Assembly (NCBI GenBank): GCA_013265495.1
Contig: MU059330.1
Location: forward strand, 13,959,980-14,023,979
Length of the DNA stretch: 64,000 bases
Direction: 5' to 3'
DNA from: Vicugna vicugna
Lineage: Eukaryota
A program made the position numbers and the translations under genes. Positions 48,700 to 60,699 of the stretch are shown here, piece after piece; positions within the stretch are counted from its first letter, which is position 1; each line of letters starts with the position of its first letter. The notes beneath the pieces are model-generated. The model was given only the letters and a program-made list of their open reading frames with translations, was not told the origin of the DNA and did not search any database.

Positions 48700-49460
48700 C
48701 TCTGCTGTGCTAACCAGCCCCCATTTATCCATCCACTGCGTTATTAACAGACACTGGAATTGTGTCTAAGTTGGGGCTATAAGCATTGTGTCCATTGTTG
48801 TGCCAGGTTTGTGCCTAGGAGCTGACCCTGCATGTCACGGCATGCTCCAACCAACAGCTCCAGTTGCCTCACACCAGTGCCATCACTCAGTGTCTCTCTG
48901 TCTCCATTGTAGCCATCCTAGTGTGGAGCAGAAATTCTTGATTTTGGTGTAAGTGAAATGTCTCTGTGTGTTTTTTCTGGAGGCCCTATGTGTCCTGTTG
49001 GTCTGCTTTTCTTTCAAGGCTCCCACATTTTGCTACTTATTGTAACTTTAAAATTAGTCCCCTCTCCAGCAGTGATAATTCTCCAATTTTGTTCTTCTTC
49101 AAGACTATGGCTATTACTGACTGTTTGTATTTCAATATATTCTTTAGAAATGTTTTCTCAATGTCCACATATACACACAATCTGCTGAGATTTTGATCTG
49201 GATTGTAGTGAATCCATAAATCATCTTGGAGAGAAACTAACAGCTTTAAATATGATGCATCCAATCCATGAACATTGTATATCTCCCTATCTTTAAGCTT
49301 TAAATTCTTTTCTGAATAATGTTGTACAGATTTTTGTAAAAGATTGTGAGCATATTTGATTAGAGTTTTCTTGATTATCTGGGGGGTTTAGTGCAGCTCT
49401 AAACCTTTAAAAACTCTTTTCTAAGTATTATTGCTAATATATAGAAATACAACAGATTTT
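48700..49460 (-). mobile_element. Old L1 ORF2/3' relics, antisense
   Basis: 'catttatccatccact', 'ccattgtagccatcctagtg', 'ctgagattttgatctggattgtagtgaatccataaatc' and 'atccaatccatgaacattgtatatctcc'. Confidence 0.75.
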
Positions 49461-49469
49461 AAAATAATT

Positions 49470-50025
49470 CATAGACTTCATCTTTTACAACACTTTTAAG
49501 TTTACAGAAAAATTGAACAGAAAGCACAGAGAATTCTCATGCCCCTCCCCCCCCGCGGTTTTCTTATTATTAGCATCTTCCGTTAACGTGGTACGTCTGT
49601 TACATTTGAGGAGCCAATGCCAACACACTGGGATTAACTAAGTTCCATAGTTCACGCTGCAGCTGCTCTTGGTGTCGTTTATTCTGTGGGTTTAGACAAG
49701 TGTCTAATGGTCTGTCCCCATTGCTACCATATCACACTCAGTGGCTTCACTGCCCTGAAACGCCCTGTGCTCCCTCTTCATCCCCCCACCCCAAAGCCCC
49801 AGCAACCACTGCTCCGTTCACTGTCTCCACAGTCTTGCCTTCTCCAAACTGTCTTGTCACTGGAATCACACATGCAGCCTTTTCAGATCAGCTTTCTTCA
49901 CCTAGCAACATGAATAGAAGGTCCCTCCATGTCTTTTCATGGCTTGATAACACATTTCTTTTAAGCACTGAATAATATTCCGTTGTCTGGATGGATCACA
50001 GATCATTTATCTATTCACCTACAGG
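49470..50025 (-). mobile_element. L1MC1/2-like 3' end
   Basis: 'ttttaagtttacagaaaaattgaacagaaagcacagagaattctc', 'ccttttcagatcagctttcttcacctagcaacatg' and 'gcactgaataatattccgttgtctggatg'. Confidence 0.85.
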
Positions 50026-50157
50026 CAGGAATTCTTCCTGGAGACACATAGTTACTAATTTTTTTTTGCCATTTGTTCTTTAATGTGTTGAAATTAGCCT
50101 GTGTTTCTTTAAAGAGAATCCCTAATTCAGACTCTTCAATTGTTAAAACCAGGTCCC

Positions 50158-50310
50158 GGGGAGGAGGAATGTAGCTCAGTGGTAAAATGTGTGCTTAGCA
50201 GGCACGAGGTCCAGGGTCCAATCCCCAGCACCTCCATTAAAATAAACAAATAAATAAATAAAATACCCTAATTCCCTCCCAAAAAAACCAAAATTTTTAA
50301 TAAAATGAAA
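50158..50310 (+). mobile_element. Camelid tRNA-derived SINE, copy E
   Basis: TAGCTCAGTGGT A box, GGGTCCAATCCC B-box variant, (AAAT)n tail with 'ccctaattccctccc'. TSD candidate aaaaccaggtcc (50145-50156) / aaaacacaggtcc (50311-50323). Confidence 0.92.
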
Positions 50311-50409
50311 AAAACACAGGTCCACAGTCATCTCCCAGTGTAAAGTTTTAGTGTCACTTATAACAATTATCAATCATACACAGCTGGCATGTTTGACTCA
50401 TTCATTATC

Positions 50410-50520
50410 TCCTATAAACTCATTCAACAAATGTGGCTTTTTTTACTCCAAGCCGGGCACTATTCTCCATACAGTCCATGTCCCTGCCATCCCAGAATAA
50501 ACATCTTGGTCAGCAAGAAA
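50410..50520 (-). mobile_element. L2 3' end fragment
   Basis: 'ctcattcaacaaatgtggc...aagccgggcactattct' resembles 'cattcaacaaatatttattg...tgccaggcactgt'. Short and diverged. Confidence 0.4.
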
Positions 50521-50594
50521 GACAGGAAGAAAGTGACCCTGGGCCAGGTGGGTGTGCCAGGTGCAGCCGTCAGCTGATTAGAAGAGGCCCGCCA

Positions 50595-50727
50595 CACTGA
50601 TCCTCTGCTTTACTGAGTCCAAGGAACCAAAGGCTAATCTCACCCAGACATGCCCAGAATCATGTTTGATCACATATCTGGCCACTGTGTGATCCAGTTA
50701 GGTTGACCCATAAAATTAACCATCACA
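50595..50727 (-). mobile_element. MLT2 LTR 5' fragment
   Basis: 'cccagaatcatgtttgatcacatatctgg...gttgacccataaaattaaccatcaca'. Confidence 0.8.
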
Positions 50728-51369
50728 CCGAGTGGTATTGTCACAGGTAGTTCTGGCTTCTGTCTGGAGAAATGCTGTCGGGTGGGCAGGACAAGAGGCT
50801 GGAGGTGCCTCCAGGGGCCACTGCGGAACCCCGCGGGGATGGACCCACCTCGAGTGTCTGAGGCCCCAGACGGCCCTAGGGCCAGCTTCCTCTGTTGCAC
50901 GGTGCCTCCCCTCCAGCTCCAACCTGATGTGGGGCTTCCGGGGGACTGATTTGGGGACCTCAACTTCCAGGCTCCTGTTGGCCCCTCCCTACCCGGGCAG
51001 GGCCAGGCTTCTCCAGCATGGACCACCACCTGCCATCCCACCATCTCCCTTCCTGGGTTGGCAATGCTGAGTGTGTTGGTCAGAATCAGACGACCCCCTC
51101 CGCTGGGCTGTCAGGAAGAGCAGCCGTGAACGTGTCCTGGAAAAGCAGAGTCTGGGGGTGCAGATGGCCCTGAGCCAGGTCCCCGTGGGGGTGGCCTGCT
51201 GGCAGCATCAGGGGCTCTGACACTTCGCGGAGAAAGCTCAGACCCTGGAGCAGCCAGCTACGTAGGACCTGTGTTTTCTCTTCTTCAGAAACCAGTACTC
51301 TACTTCACAGCCCGGTGGCTCTACTGTTGAAGGAAACATTGTTTCGTTTTTACAGATCACGGTAGAGCA

Positions 51370-51912
51370 CAGCTGATTCTCAACATGGGGAGCTCTGTCT
51401 ACAGAGATGCCCATACCCTGAGTTAGCAAGACCTGAGCCTCTGCTCCCGGGCGGACCTGGGGCTGGCTTCCCGGGGGCCTCTGGTTACTTTTCCCTCAAC
51501 CGATCAACACCCAGCCATGTGTTACGTGTGCGTCTGCTGAGGGACACCCTACTGAACGTGTGTGGAACCATCAGCCAAAGCACAGAACTCAGGCCCAACA
51601 AAGGCACAGACCCTCCTCCCTCAGCTTCAGGCGCAAGGCAGCCCTTCCACACCGGGCTTGGGGGCATTTTAAGCAGCCAAATCACCCAAAAAGCACAAAA
51701 ATGCAAAAAGGTGTGGCTCTTCTAGACCTCAAGAAGGCCACCACATGTCAGAGTGGAGCTGAGACAAGAAGGCAGTGTCCCTGCTCAGACCTCGGTGGGG
51801 ACCACATGTGGCAGGACCACACTGGCTCGTCCCCTGACGACCGGAGTCACAGACAGTCTTCAGCGAGTGAGTGGATTCAGAAGCACAGAACCAGGTCGAC
51901 AAGGACCGGCCG
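51370..51912 (-). mobile_element. TcMar-Tigger DNA transposon (MER82-like), near full length
   Basis: 'tcaaccgatcaacac', 'aagcagccaaatcacccaaaaagcacaaaaatgcaaaaa' and 'gagctgagacaagaaggcag'. TIR remnants cagctgattctc (51370) and gaccggccg (ends 51912), both flanked by CA where TA is expected. Confidence 0.7.
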
Positions 51913-52995
51913 CAGCAGCCTGGCCTTTATCCCTCTCTCCGGCTAGACCATCCTGCACCCGGGATGGGGGACAAAGGTGGGCAGTGGGCCACCGGGCAGG
52001 ACCTGGAGCAGACACCTTCCAGGAGCCGCGTGGCAGGCAGAGGCGCACCTGTGGGAGCCAGCCCAGCACCTCGTGTCCCGCTGGCATTATGTAGTTGCCA
52101 CCTGACAGTGAACCCCAAGGGGCCTTTTCAAGATAAAAATCTCACTCTGGCGTGCATGGCCCTGCCAGCGAGAGACCAGGGATGTGGAGCCGGGCAGACA
52201 GTGTGTTACCAGCTGTCCCAAAGACAGGTGGTGACGGTGCCATGAGTCCACACTCTGCCCCGCCTCACTCGGGTGAGCAGCAGAAAGGAGACACGTCTGG
52301 CCTGTGAGTGCTGGGGAAAGCCGTGCCTGCAATCCACCTGCAGAGTGACACTGCCACTGCAGCAAAATCCAGAGGGAAACACAGAGAGGCCTGAACAGGG
52401 CTATGCTGGGGACACCTGCTGCGGCAGGGCTGCCCCGCCTGCTGAGGAGACCCCTTCCTTCCTGAAGGAAGGTGACAGGCCTTCTGAGGTCGGTTCCAGG
52501 CATGACTGCTTTCTGGAGAATCTTCATTCTTCCACCACATGTTTAACCTTAACTCGCTAGAGATTGTCTCAATATCTTATCTTTGCCATCTACATATTTT
52601 AGGGGAATTAAGGTCAAACTTGCCACTTTCTGTCCTCCTCTTAGGGGCTTCTTCAAAGGCTTAGACAGTCCAAGCCCCACTTTGATTTTATGATTCACCT
52701 TATGGGGAAAGTTGGCTCAAGGAGTGTTTCTGAAAGAAACAAAGCAGAAGACCAGGGGACGGGCTGGCCACAGCCACCGCTGGGAACACGGCTGTGCCCC
52801 TTCACGCCGGCTCCAGCTGAGTTCCCAGCCCTCATGAGGGCCTCTCCTGCGAGTCAGCCTCCCCCACCTGTGGACAGGTGGCGCTCCCCACCTGGCACTG
52901 CCTGCCGGGGCCCGGCAGGGTGATCTGCGCGGCGCCTTGCAGACCCGGCACTGTCTGTTGTGGCATCGCTGCTACTATTATGACCTTACACACGG

Positions 52996-53403
52996 TGACG
53001 AAAATTAACCAGTCCGTCTAAGAAAGAAATGGAAAATTTTATTTGAGCCAAACTGAGGATTATAAGCCAAGACGGCACGTCCCCCCTGGTAGCACTCAAA
53101 GCAGTTACGCAGGGTTTTTGGGACGCAGGGCTGTGCGTTAAATGATGCTTTTCTGACGGTTCACACAAACCAGCGCTGAGCGCCGCCGTGGCCCCTCATG
53201 GGTCAGGACGCAGCGCTGCCTTCCAGGAGCCGCCTTGCTGACGCCGGGAGACTCGCTCTGCGGCCGAGCCGGCGCTTCTGCCGCGTGGCCCCCGTCAGAC
53301 GCAGACCCGCGCCGCGCGGTGGGGAGGGGGGCCGAAGGGCAGAGAAAAGTTTTCATGTTTAAATTTTTCTCATCTTGTTATAAAACATGAATGTTATTTC
53401 ACA
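52996..53403 (-). mobile_element. ERV1-type solo LTR, family X copy 2
   Basis: Reverse complement starts 'tgtgaaataacattcatg' and ends 'ttataatcctcagtttggctcaaataaaattttcc...ttttcgtca', matching copy 3. No convincing TSD. Confidence 0.78.
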
Positions 53404-56252
53404 TAAAGTCCCACTTAATATGACAGTGAAAGCGCAGCGCCCACCAGTATTTCGCACGCAGATGTGAAAGGCCGTAATCGAAAATGCTCACACGGTCAGG
53501 TGTACCAGAGTTTTCCAAACTGTAGTCTTTCAGAAAAATCAATCTTGTCTCAGAAGTCACTTCTCCAGGCCTTGGTGAACAGAATTTCCTATTCACCTTC
53601 TGGGGCAGTAGAACTGTCGACCTGAGCTTTGAGGGGTGGCCCGCGGGCAGGCTTTGAGCACAGAGGGGTCACCGCTAGGCAGCGCCTGGCTTGGCAGAGG
53701 CAGGGGGAGGGGCTGGGTCAGCTCTGGGCCGCCCACCCCCACTTCCCTGTTCCGTTGGAGCAGAAGTGGCCGAGGGAAGCCCCACCCCCAGGAAGCAGGG
53801 GCTTTCCAGAAAGCCGGAGGGCAGAGAACCGGCTGGGTCCTCAGACCCACCCCCCTGGGCTTTGGGAACAAGACTGAGTCAGTGCCCCAGGGACAGAGTA
53901 GGTGTGATGACATTCCCTGTGACCGGTGACCTGTGACTTGTGACCCTGGACAAAGAACTGAAATGCTTAGACTCACTCCCAGGGGTCCCGCCTCCCAAGG
54001 AGGGAGGGAGGTGACAGCTGGAGTCTGAGCTCAGTGCTCCCCCTGCTCCAAGGGGCCTGGACGGATGGGAGAGTCGGGAGGGCGCCTGGGCGAAGGTGTC
54101 CACCTCTTGGCCAGGGCGCTGGTCTCCATGGGGGGAGACCCAGCTCAATGCTCCCATGCGGCCGGGGTCGCTCAGGGCAATCCTGGCCATTTGTCCGGCC
54201 CCCAGGTGGACAGCAGGGGCTGTGCACTCCAGCCGTTGATGCAGGTGTCCTCGTGGACCTGTGTCCTGGACGCTGCGCTGGGACATGCAGGTCAAGCCTG
54301 GTGCCTGAAGCGGCAGGGAAGAAGCCTCAGATAGATGCCCAGGAACCAGGGAAACCGTCCCACCAGACAAGCCGGGAGCTGAAGAGCCCACAGACGGAGA
54401 GATTCGTGGCCCAGATTTTCCTCAGTGTTCACTGCTGGGGAGAAGCGTCCGCTGCTGGACGGAGGGGCCTCAGCCGTGGGCGCCACAAGCCGGTCTGTGC
54501 TGCCCCCTCAGGTGCCTGGCCGCTGCCTCAGCCCCCACCACACGCAGGGCCCCCGCCTGCAGCTCAGCATGCGGCCTCCCCTCCTCTGCTGGGATCCACC
54601 CTGTTCATCCAAAGCCCCCTCACATGCAGCCCCACCCTGGCGCCCAGAGTCTCAGACGGGATTGTCCATCAGGCAGGGCAGGGGTCACTGGGGGCCCTAG
54701 GGCGTGGAGCCCTGGGGCGCCGCCCTCCCAGCAGAGCAGGTGAAGGCACACGCCCCCGCCCCGAGGGAAGGACTGAGGGGAGGGCCCTGCGCCCGGCCCG
54801 CACTGCACGGCCGCGCCCAGCCCTGGCCCTGCTCAGCGGCACGCAGCCCGAGCTGCTGGTGCCAAGCCAGCCGACCCTGCGAAGGAGAACTTGCCGTTGC
54901 AGCACAGACGCTTGCGGGGGGGGGGCCAGGATGCCGCCTCCCCCGGCAGCCTCACAGAACCTCTGGAGCTGAAAGGACACATGCGGAGGGCCCGGGGCCC
55001 ATGGACCTTCCCCGACCGGACCACGGCGCCCCTCGAGGAGAGCCTGGGCTTAAAACGGGCTTCCGCCCAGGAAGGAGCTACAAACGCAGCGATTCTGGGG
55101 ACTTCGTCCAGAAATGACCTCATCTCCCCAGCAGACAGCATCACACCGCCTCCCAAATCTGAGGGTCCCAGGGGCCACCTTTCCCTGACAGCTCAGCGTG
55201 TTCCTGCAGGTGCAGAGGCCCAGCTTCGACAGCTGGATGTGGCTTCACGGACGCGTGCTGGCCTGGGTGTCACAAAGCTGCTGCACCTGAGGGCTTCCCA
55301 AGTGTCCCAGTGATGCGCCCCCAGGCCCCGGCCAGCCTGCGCCTGCCCACACCTGCTCTCACCTGGAAGCTGACCTGATGGCTCAAGGGCCCTGGTGCCC
55401 TCCCTCCAGTGGTCTCTGGAGGGGGTCAGCCACCGGCTGCCAGCCAGCACCTTGCTTGTCCCTAGCGGCCCCGGCCAAGGCCCAAGACCCCTTCTGAGCA
55501 GGGCTGGGTGCTGTAGAAGTGAAGCTCTCGGCCACGCCGTCTCTGCCACGGGGCCACACGTCTCTGCCACATCAGCCCGACGCTGCAGGACCACAGCCAC
55601 AGCCGATACGTGAACAACGGGCAGGGCTGCTTTCTGCCAAAACCTCGTTCCGGTAAAGCAGACACTCGGCCCGAGGGCACAGAGGCCTGTCCCTGCCTTG
55701 GCCCCCTCACACCTGTGAAATGTGACCTGAGAGCAAAGCTCCCGCACAGGGTCCTGGCTGTGCACGGCCACCAGCCCCTGGGCCCTCACAGACGTGGGGG
55801 CAGGGGCGAGGCTGCCGACCGGCCTCGGGGGGCTGCAGCGGGGCCTCGGGGTCCAGTGGGCGTCCAGCAGACCAGGTGCAGGGCCCCGTCTGGGTGTTGG
55901 CTTCCGTGGCCTGCAGGCACTGCCACGTTGGGGTTCTCCCAGTGCCTGTGGCTTCGTCCACGGGAGGAGGCTGTTTCTGTAGAGCCCGCCCCCCAGGGGC
56001 CCAAGCCACCCCAACAGAGCGTCGGGCTTGGCCCCTGCAGTGGGGACCGCTCTGACTGAGGGGCCCTCTGCACAGCCAGGGGAGGGCGGGGCTGTGGCTT
56101 CTCTGAGTGCCCGGGTGGGTGTGAAAGGTGGCCCCGGGCTCAGAGGGCAGGCGAGGGCGGTGGGATGCTGGGAAGCCAGGGAGGTCTGCACAGCAACTTG
56201 GCAAGCAGGCGGCAGCCCCCAGACACGTGGAAGGAAGGCCCGGTGTACCCAG

Positions 56253-56600
56253 TGGCTCAGGGCTGAACCGTGTGTCCCAGCAGACCTGTCAGACTTCTCA
56301 CACCCAGGACCTCGGGACGTGACCTTGTTCGGAGACAGGTCTTCACAAAGGTAATCGAGCTAAAATGAGGTCATTACGGTGGCCTAACCCAACAGGGCTG
56401 GTGTCCTTGTAAAAGGGGGCATTTGGATGCAAACAGGCACACCGAGGGGGACTCACGGGCCAAGGACACCGGTGACGGCCAGCACCTCCAGGAGCTGGAG
56501 AGGGGCCCGGAGTCTCAGGAGGAACACCTTCACTTCGGACCTCCTGCCTCCTGGTGCGTGGGCAGGCTCAGCCCGGGGTAGCCTTCTGGAAACCCACCTC
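56253..56600 (+). mobile_element. MaLR solo LTR (MLT1B/C-like)
   Basis: 'gacgtgaccttgttcggagacaggtcttcacaaaggtaatcgagctaaaatgaggtcatta' and 'gctggtgtccttgtaaaaggggg'. Confidence 0.82.
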
Positions 56601-56877
56601 CACCCGTGTGCGCCACCTGGGGCCTGCGAGTCTGAGGGCCTTCCATAGGCTGCGGTTTGAGAGGGCACCTCCACACAGCAGGTCCCCCGTGTGCAGACAG
56701 AGTGACCCCGGCCCTCCCGCCCGGCTCTCTAGGGCAGTCGCCTGCCAGTAGCAGGTCAGAGTCAGACAAATATCCGGACAGAGCTTTACCTCTGAACGCA
56801 GGCCCCACAACGATCAATCCTTTTCAACTTATGAAAGCAACTTACGCTGACGCGATAGAATCGAAGAGGCAGAGAAA

Positions 56878-57313
56878 TGTGAAGGAGAAGTCACATTTTA
56901 TGGCAAGGCCCGAAAAATTTAGACATTAAAAAATGTCCTCTGCCCTCGGCCTCCTCTCCCCACTGCTGCACGAGGCGTGGGCCAGGCGTCCCCATGAGCA
57001 GAAACACCTGCTCATCCAGAAAGGGCAACGTTCTCCCGGCACCAGCAACACAGCCCCTCAAAAGACGGCATCCCGTCTTGCTCCTGGAAGGGGCTGCGAT
57101 GACACAGATGTGGATTGTGTAAACTGTCGGTAACGAAAACGTTGTTTAACGCCCAGTCCTCCGTCTCAAAAACCTGTGTAACTGTGCTTTGACCGCTAAC
57201 GGGGGAACAGCTCTCCGAGCTTTCTGCTTCGATGTTCCTCATTTATAATCCTCAGTTTGGCTTGAATAAAATTTTCATTTTTCTTTGATTGACGAGTTAA
57301 TTTACCATCGACA
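56878..57313 (+). mobile_element. ERV1-type solo LTR, family X copy 3
   Basis: Starts 'tgtgaaggag'; contains 'ttataatcctcagtttggcttgaataaaattttc' with AATAAA; ends 'tcgaca'. TSD candidate gaaa/gaag. Confidence 0.78.
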
Positions 57314-58768
57314 GAAGCGACAGGGAGAAAGGTAAACGGCCCGGCCTTCCCGGACGTTTCCGTGTTCAGACTCTCGGGGTTGGGGGCACGCTGTCTGTGT
57401 CCTGTCATTTGCATAGAATATCTTCTTAAGATTTTTCTGTATCATAAATGGTGGGCGGAAGTGTAATTCTGAGGGTTGCATGTGTTTGCGGGACTTCGGG
57501 TCCCTTCCCTGCATTGAGCTCCCCAGCCCTTGCAGACCAGGTGCTGGGCCAGCTCCCACACGTCTCCTCCCCTTGGCTTCCATCCCCGAGTCCATCCCCA
57601 AGTCCACCCCTCACTTCTGTCCCCCCCTCTGAGGACATCCTCACTCCTCCAGCCTCACTGCCTGCGGAGATTTCTCCCTTGGGGCAGCCTTCCTCGAGCC
57701 GCCCCCTCCCCAGGTCACAGTCTGAGCTCGGAAGGTGCTCCGTGTCCTGGAGTTGATGTGGGGGAGCCCGTGGGAAAGCAGGTTACACGCTGGAGCTTGG
57801 TCCAAGCGGCTGGGAAGACATGCAGGTGGGGGAGCCCGATGAGACGGCCACACCTACGCTAAGATCTGGAAGAAAAATGACAGCCCAGGCCCAGCCCCCT
57901 CCCCTCCGTGTGGATTCCTCACGGTCCTAAATCACCCAGACTTGACCGCATCCTTGCAGGGACAGGACGGGACCCCCAGATAAGTTCATTCCATTGAGAA
58001 AAGCACAGGCCAGGTCGCTGATTCACGCGGCCTCGCAAACAGCAGGTTGACTCGCTGACCCGGCCGTCCCACTGCAGCTCAGACCCCGCGGGTCCCGACG
58101 CGCAGCTCCCGCCTGCCTCCTGCTCCTGGAAAGCCCAGGCCAGCCCTGTGTTCCCCACAAGCAGAACCACAAACTGTCAACCGCGAGAAGAATGACAGGA
58201 AGGGCTGGGGCGTCACCTGGAGCAGGTAGAATTCCGTGGACAACCGGAGCCTGGCGCTGTTTGCAGAGGGAGGGGAGTGGGAGGTGGGGCCCGACAGATC
58301 CTTTTGCAGGAAACACCTGAGAGCCTTTCTGGGAAGGAACCTCAGATCCCAGCGCTCAGTAAATATTAGCACAGCACGAAACACCCTCTGCGGCTCCGGA
58401 GGGGGAAGCGGAGCCCGAAAGTGGACAAGGTTCTGCCAGAGTCAGGGGGGCAGCAGGGTCGGGGGGGACCAGTCGTGGTGACCCTCCCTCCCTCCCAGCA
58501 GCAGTCGGTTGAGGGTTGGGACACACCCCCGGCCCAGCTGGAGACAGGCCCCCGGCCACGCTGGCCGGCTCCTGGGTGAGCTGGGCAGCCACACAGCTGG
58601 GGTCCTGAGACGCCGCTCCTCCGCCCCCTCCCTCAGCGTGTAATCGAAGCCATCAGATTCTGTTCAAAAGGCAAACAGAGGCAGCAGCACGCTTCCTGCG
58701 CACAGCGGGGCGGCCTGGCCGTCCAGACACAGACACGTAAAAGCAGCGCTCAGTCAAAAAAGAAACGT

Positions 58769-58848
58769 GGGGCGGGGGTGGGGGTAGAGCTCAGGGTGGG
58801 GCGCCTGCGTAGCGTGCGCGAGGTCCTGGGCTCAGTCCGGGTTCCCCC
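58769..58848 (+). mobile_element. Camelid tRNA-derived SINE, copy F, heavily GC-shifted, tail lost
   Basis: GGGGTAGAGCTCAGGGTGGGGCGCCTGCGTAGCGTGCGCGAGGTCCTGGGCTCAGTCC aligns with copies A, C and E. Confidence 0.78.
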
Positions 58849-60699
58849 AAGACACTTTAGGACTAAGGACTCATTAGTTGGAGAACCCTTGTTTTAGCAG
58901 AAGAGGCAGTTTCCAAGTTAATCTGTCCTAAAACTGAAGCCTCACGCGCTACGTCCCGGAGAAAACTGCACGCACAGCGGTGCCGCGGCCTTGCGGTCAG
59001 AGAGCAGCAGTCACCCAGGGTCAGTCGCAGCCACGGCGGCCTGAGCCTCGCGGGCGTCTGACCGGGCGCTGGGTGCTGCCCTCAGGGTGAGCCTTGGATG
59101 GGCATGTGTTCAGCCTTGCAAACTACAGTTCAAATACACAAAGGCATCGGGGCGGGGGGATCAGTCTCATCACTCCACAGAGGAAGGGCGCCCGGCCTCA
59201 ACCAAGGATACGCGGTGACCGGGCCCTGGCCCACCTCCTGCCCCCGCCCTGCCTCACGTGCGGCTCTCAGCCTGCAGAACGTCTGTTGGGCGCGTGGGCC
59301 CTGCCTCACTCACCTCCAGAATCTCCCATCCTTCCCCCTCCCCCGCATGGGTAAGCTCAAAACACACCCCGTCAGCTTCCAGAATGCCCACCTGATGTCT
59401 CTGCGCCCCCCTGGACCTCAGAGAGACGGGAAAGTGCACAAGTGACACCCCCGACACTTCGGCGGAGAGGGGAGGAGCTGAGGGGGAGACCCCACGGGGA
59501 GCCCACTGGGATCGCAGGGTCTGCCTGGAGGGACGGAGTGCTCAGCCCCACCCGGCCCCTGGCTGACCGCCAGCTGCTAGTTCCACCCCATGGGGCCAGG
59601 CCAGGCGTCGCTCTGGGGACCGGGCCGGGGCCCCAGAAGAGCCGCAGGAAGCGCTCCCTCTGCTCTTTCTGCTCCTCTGCTTCCTGAAGACGGGCCGGCC
59701 CAGCAGCTTCTGCCCCGCGACGCGGCGCCGTCGCCTCCTGGATCAGAACGTCAGGACAGCCAAGGACAGCCGCACGGCGGCCGGCAAGGTCCCCTGTCCT
59801 AAGGCCTGAGACAGCAAGGCCCCGCCCTCGAGCCAGCCGCAGCCCACCCGGGCCTCAGCCCAGCGCGCCTCGGTTCCGCTGGCTTGGCCCTGGTGGCCTG
59901 CGGGCGCCTGTGACCGACGACCTCCGGCAGTCTCCCGTCCAGGTGGGGCTGGGGAGCTGAGGGCATCTGTACCCCTCCCCGTGTCAGGTGAAGAGTGGTG
60001 ACCAGAGCGGCCCCTTTGGCTGTGTCTCGGGGCCTCCAGGCCCCCCAGGGAGCATCCCTGGTTGTGGTTTCCCCTCTGGTGTTGGGGAGCCCCTCCCCCT
60101 GCCTTCCAGGCACCATCCAAACAGCTCAGGTGTCAAAGACCAAAAAAAAGAGACAGAGAGAGAACTGACTATGACAACAATTCCGGCAAAGTAGGCGCAA
60201 AGGAGGTTTTCCCAAAACCAGGCTTCTGGCTCTGAGTCTGTGGGGTCTGGAGAGGGCTGGCTCACGCCAGCGCCCACTCCCCAGAGGCGCACGCAGGCCA
60301 GCGCTCCTCGGGAAGGGGAGGGAAAGGAGGCCGTGAGGCCCCACAGCTGCTGGTGTCTCCAGGGAATCCACAGGACGGGGCTCACCCGCTGGACCAGCCG
60401 GGCGCCCTCTGCCCCGCCCCCCAGCTGCTGACCCAGTTACAGAGCTTCCTCTCCAGGTCCATCTGTGAGTCCATCGCCGCATCCGTGGCAGGGGCGGGAC
60501 CCTCCCTGTTCAAAGCTGTCAGGAGGGGAACAGAGGGCTGTTGTTGGGCTGAGTTTCCAGGGCTGAGCTGGCTTCACGCGCTGAGTGATCTTGCTCCATA
60601 GACCAAGGCCGCCTGGCCAGTGTCCACCGGGGGACAGAGGGATCTGTGTGTCGTGTTGGGTCAACATCACAGCACAGCCACGGCGGGAAAGTGGGCCGG

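Noticed and set aside
55193-56191. Longest ORF (332 aa, -) and other >200-aa ORFs (22163-23137, 54034-54972, 62954-63898, 29841-30659, 35390-36145, 13233-13976)
   Set aside because: Pro/Gly/Ala/Arg/Ser-rich with no recognisable domain and overlapping ORFs in several frames on both strands, as expected from stop-codon scarcity at high GC. The ORF at 22163 starts inside an antisense L1 relic.
37771-57313. Provirus bounded by the two same-strand family-X LTRs
   Set aside because: 19 kb apart, diverged, with separate TSD candidates; the intervening DNA has no PBS, gag, pol or env and contains unrelated older repeats.
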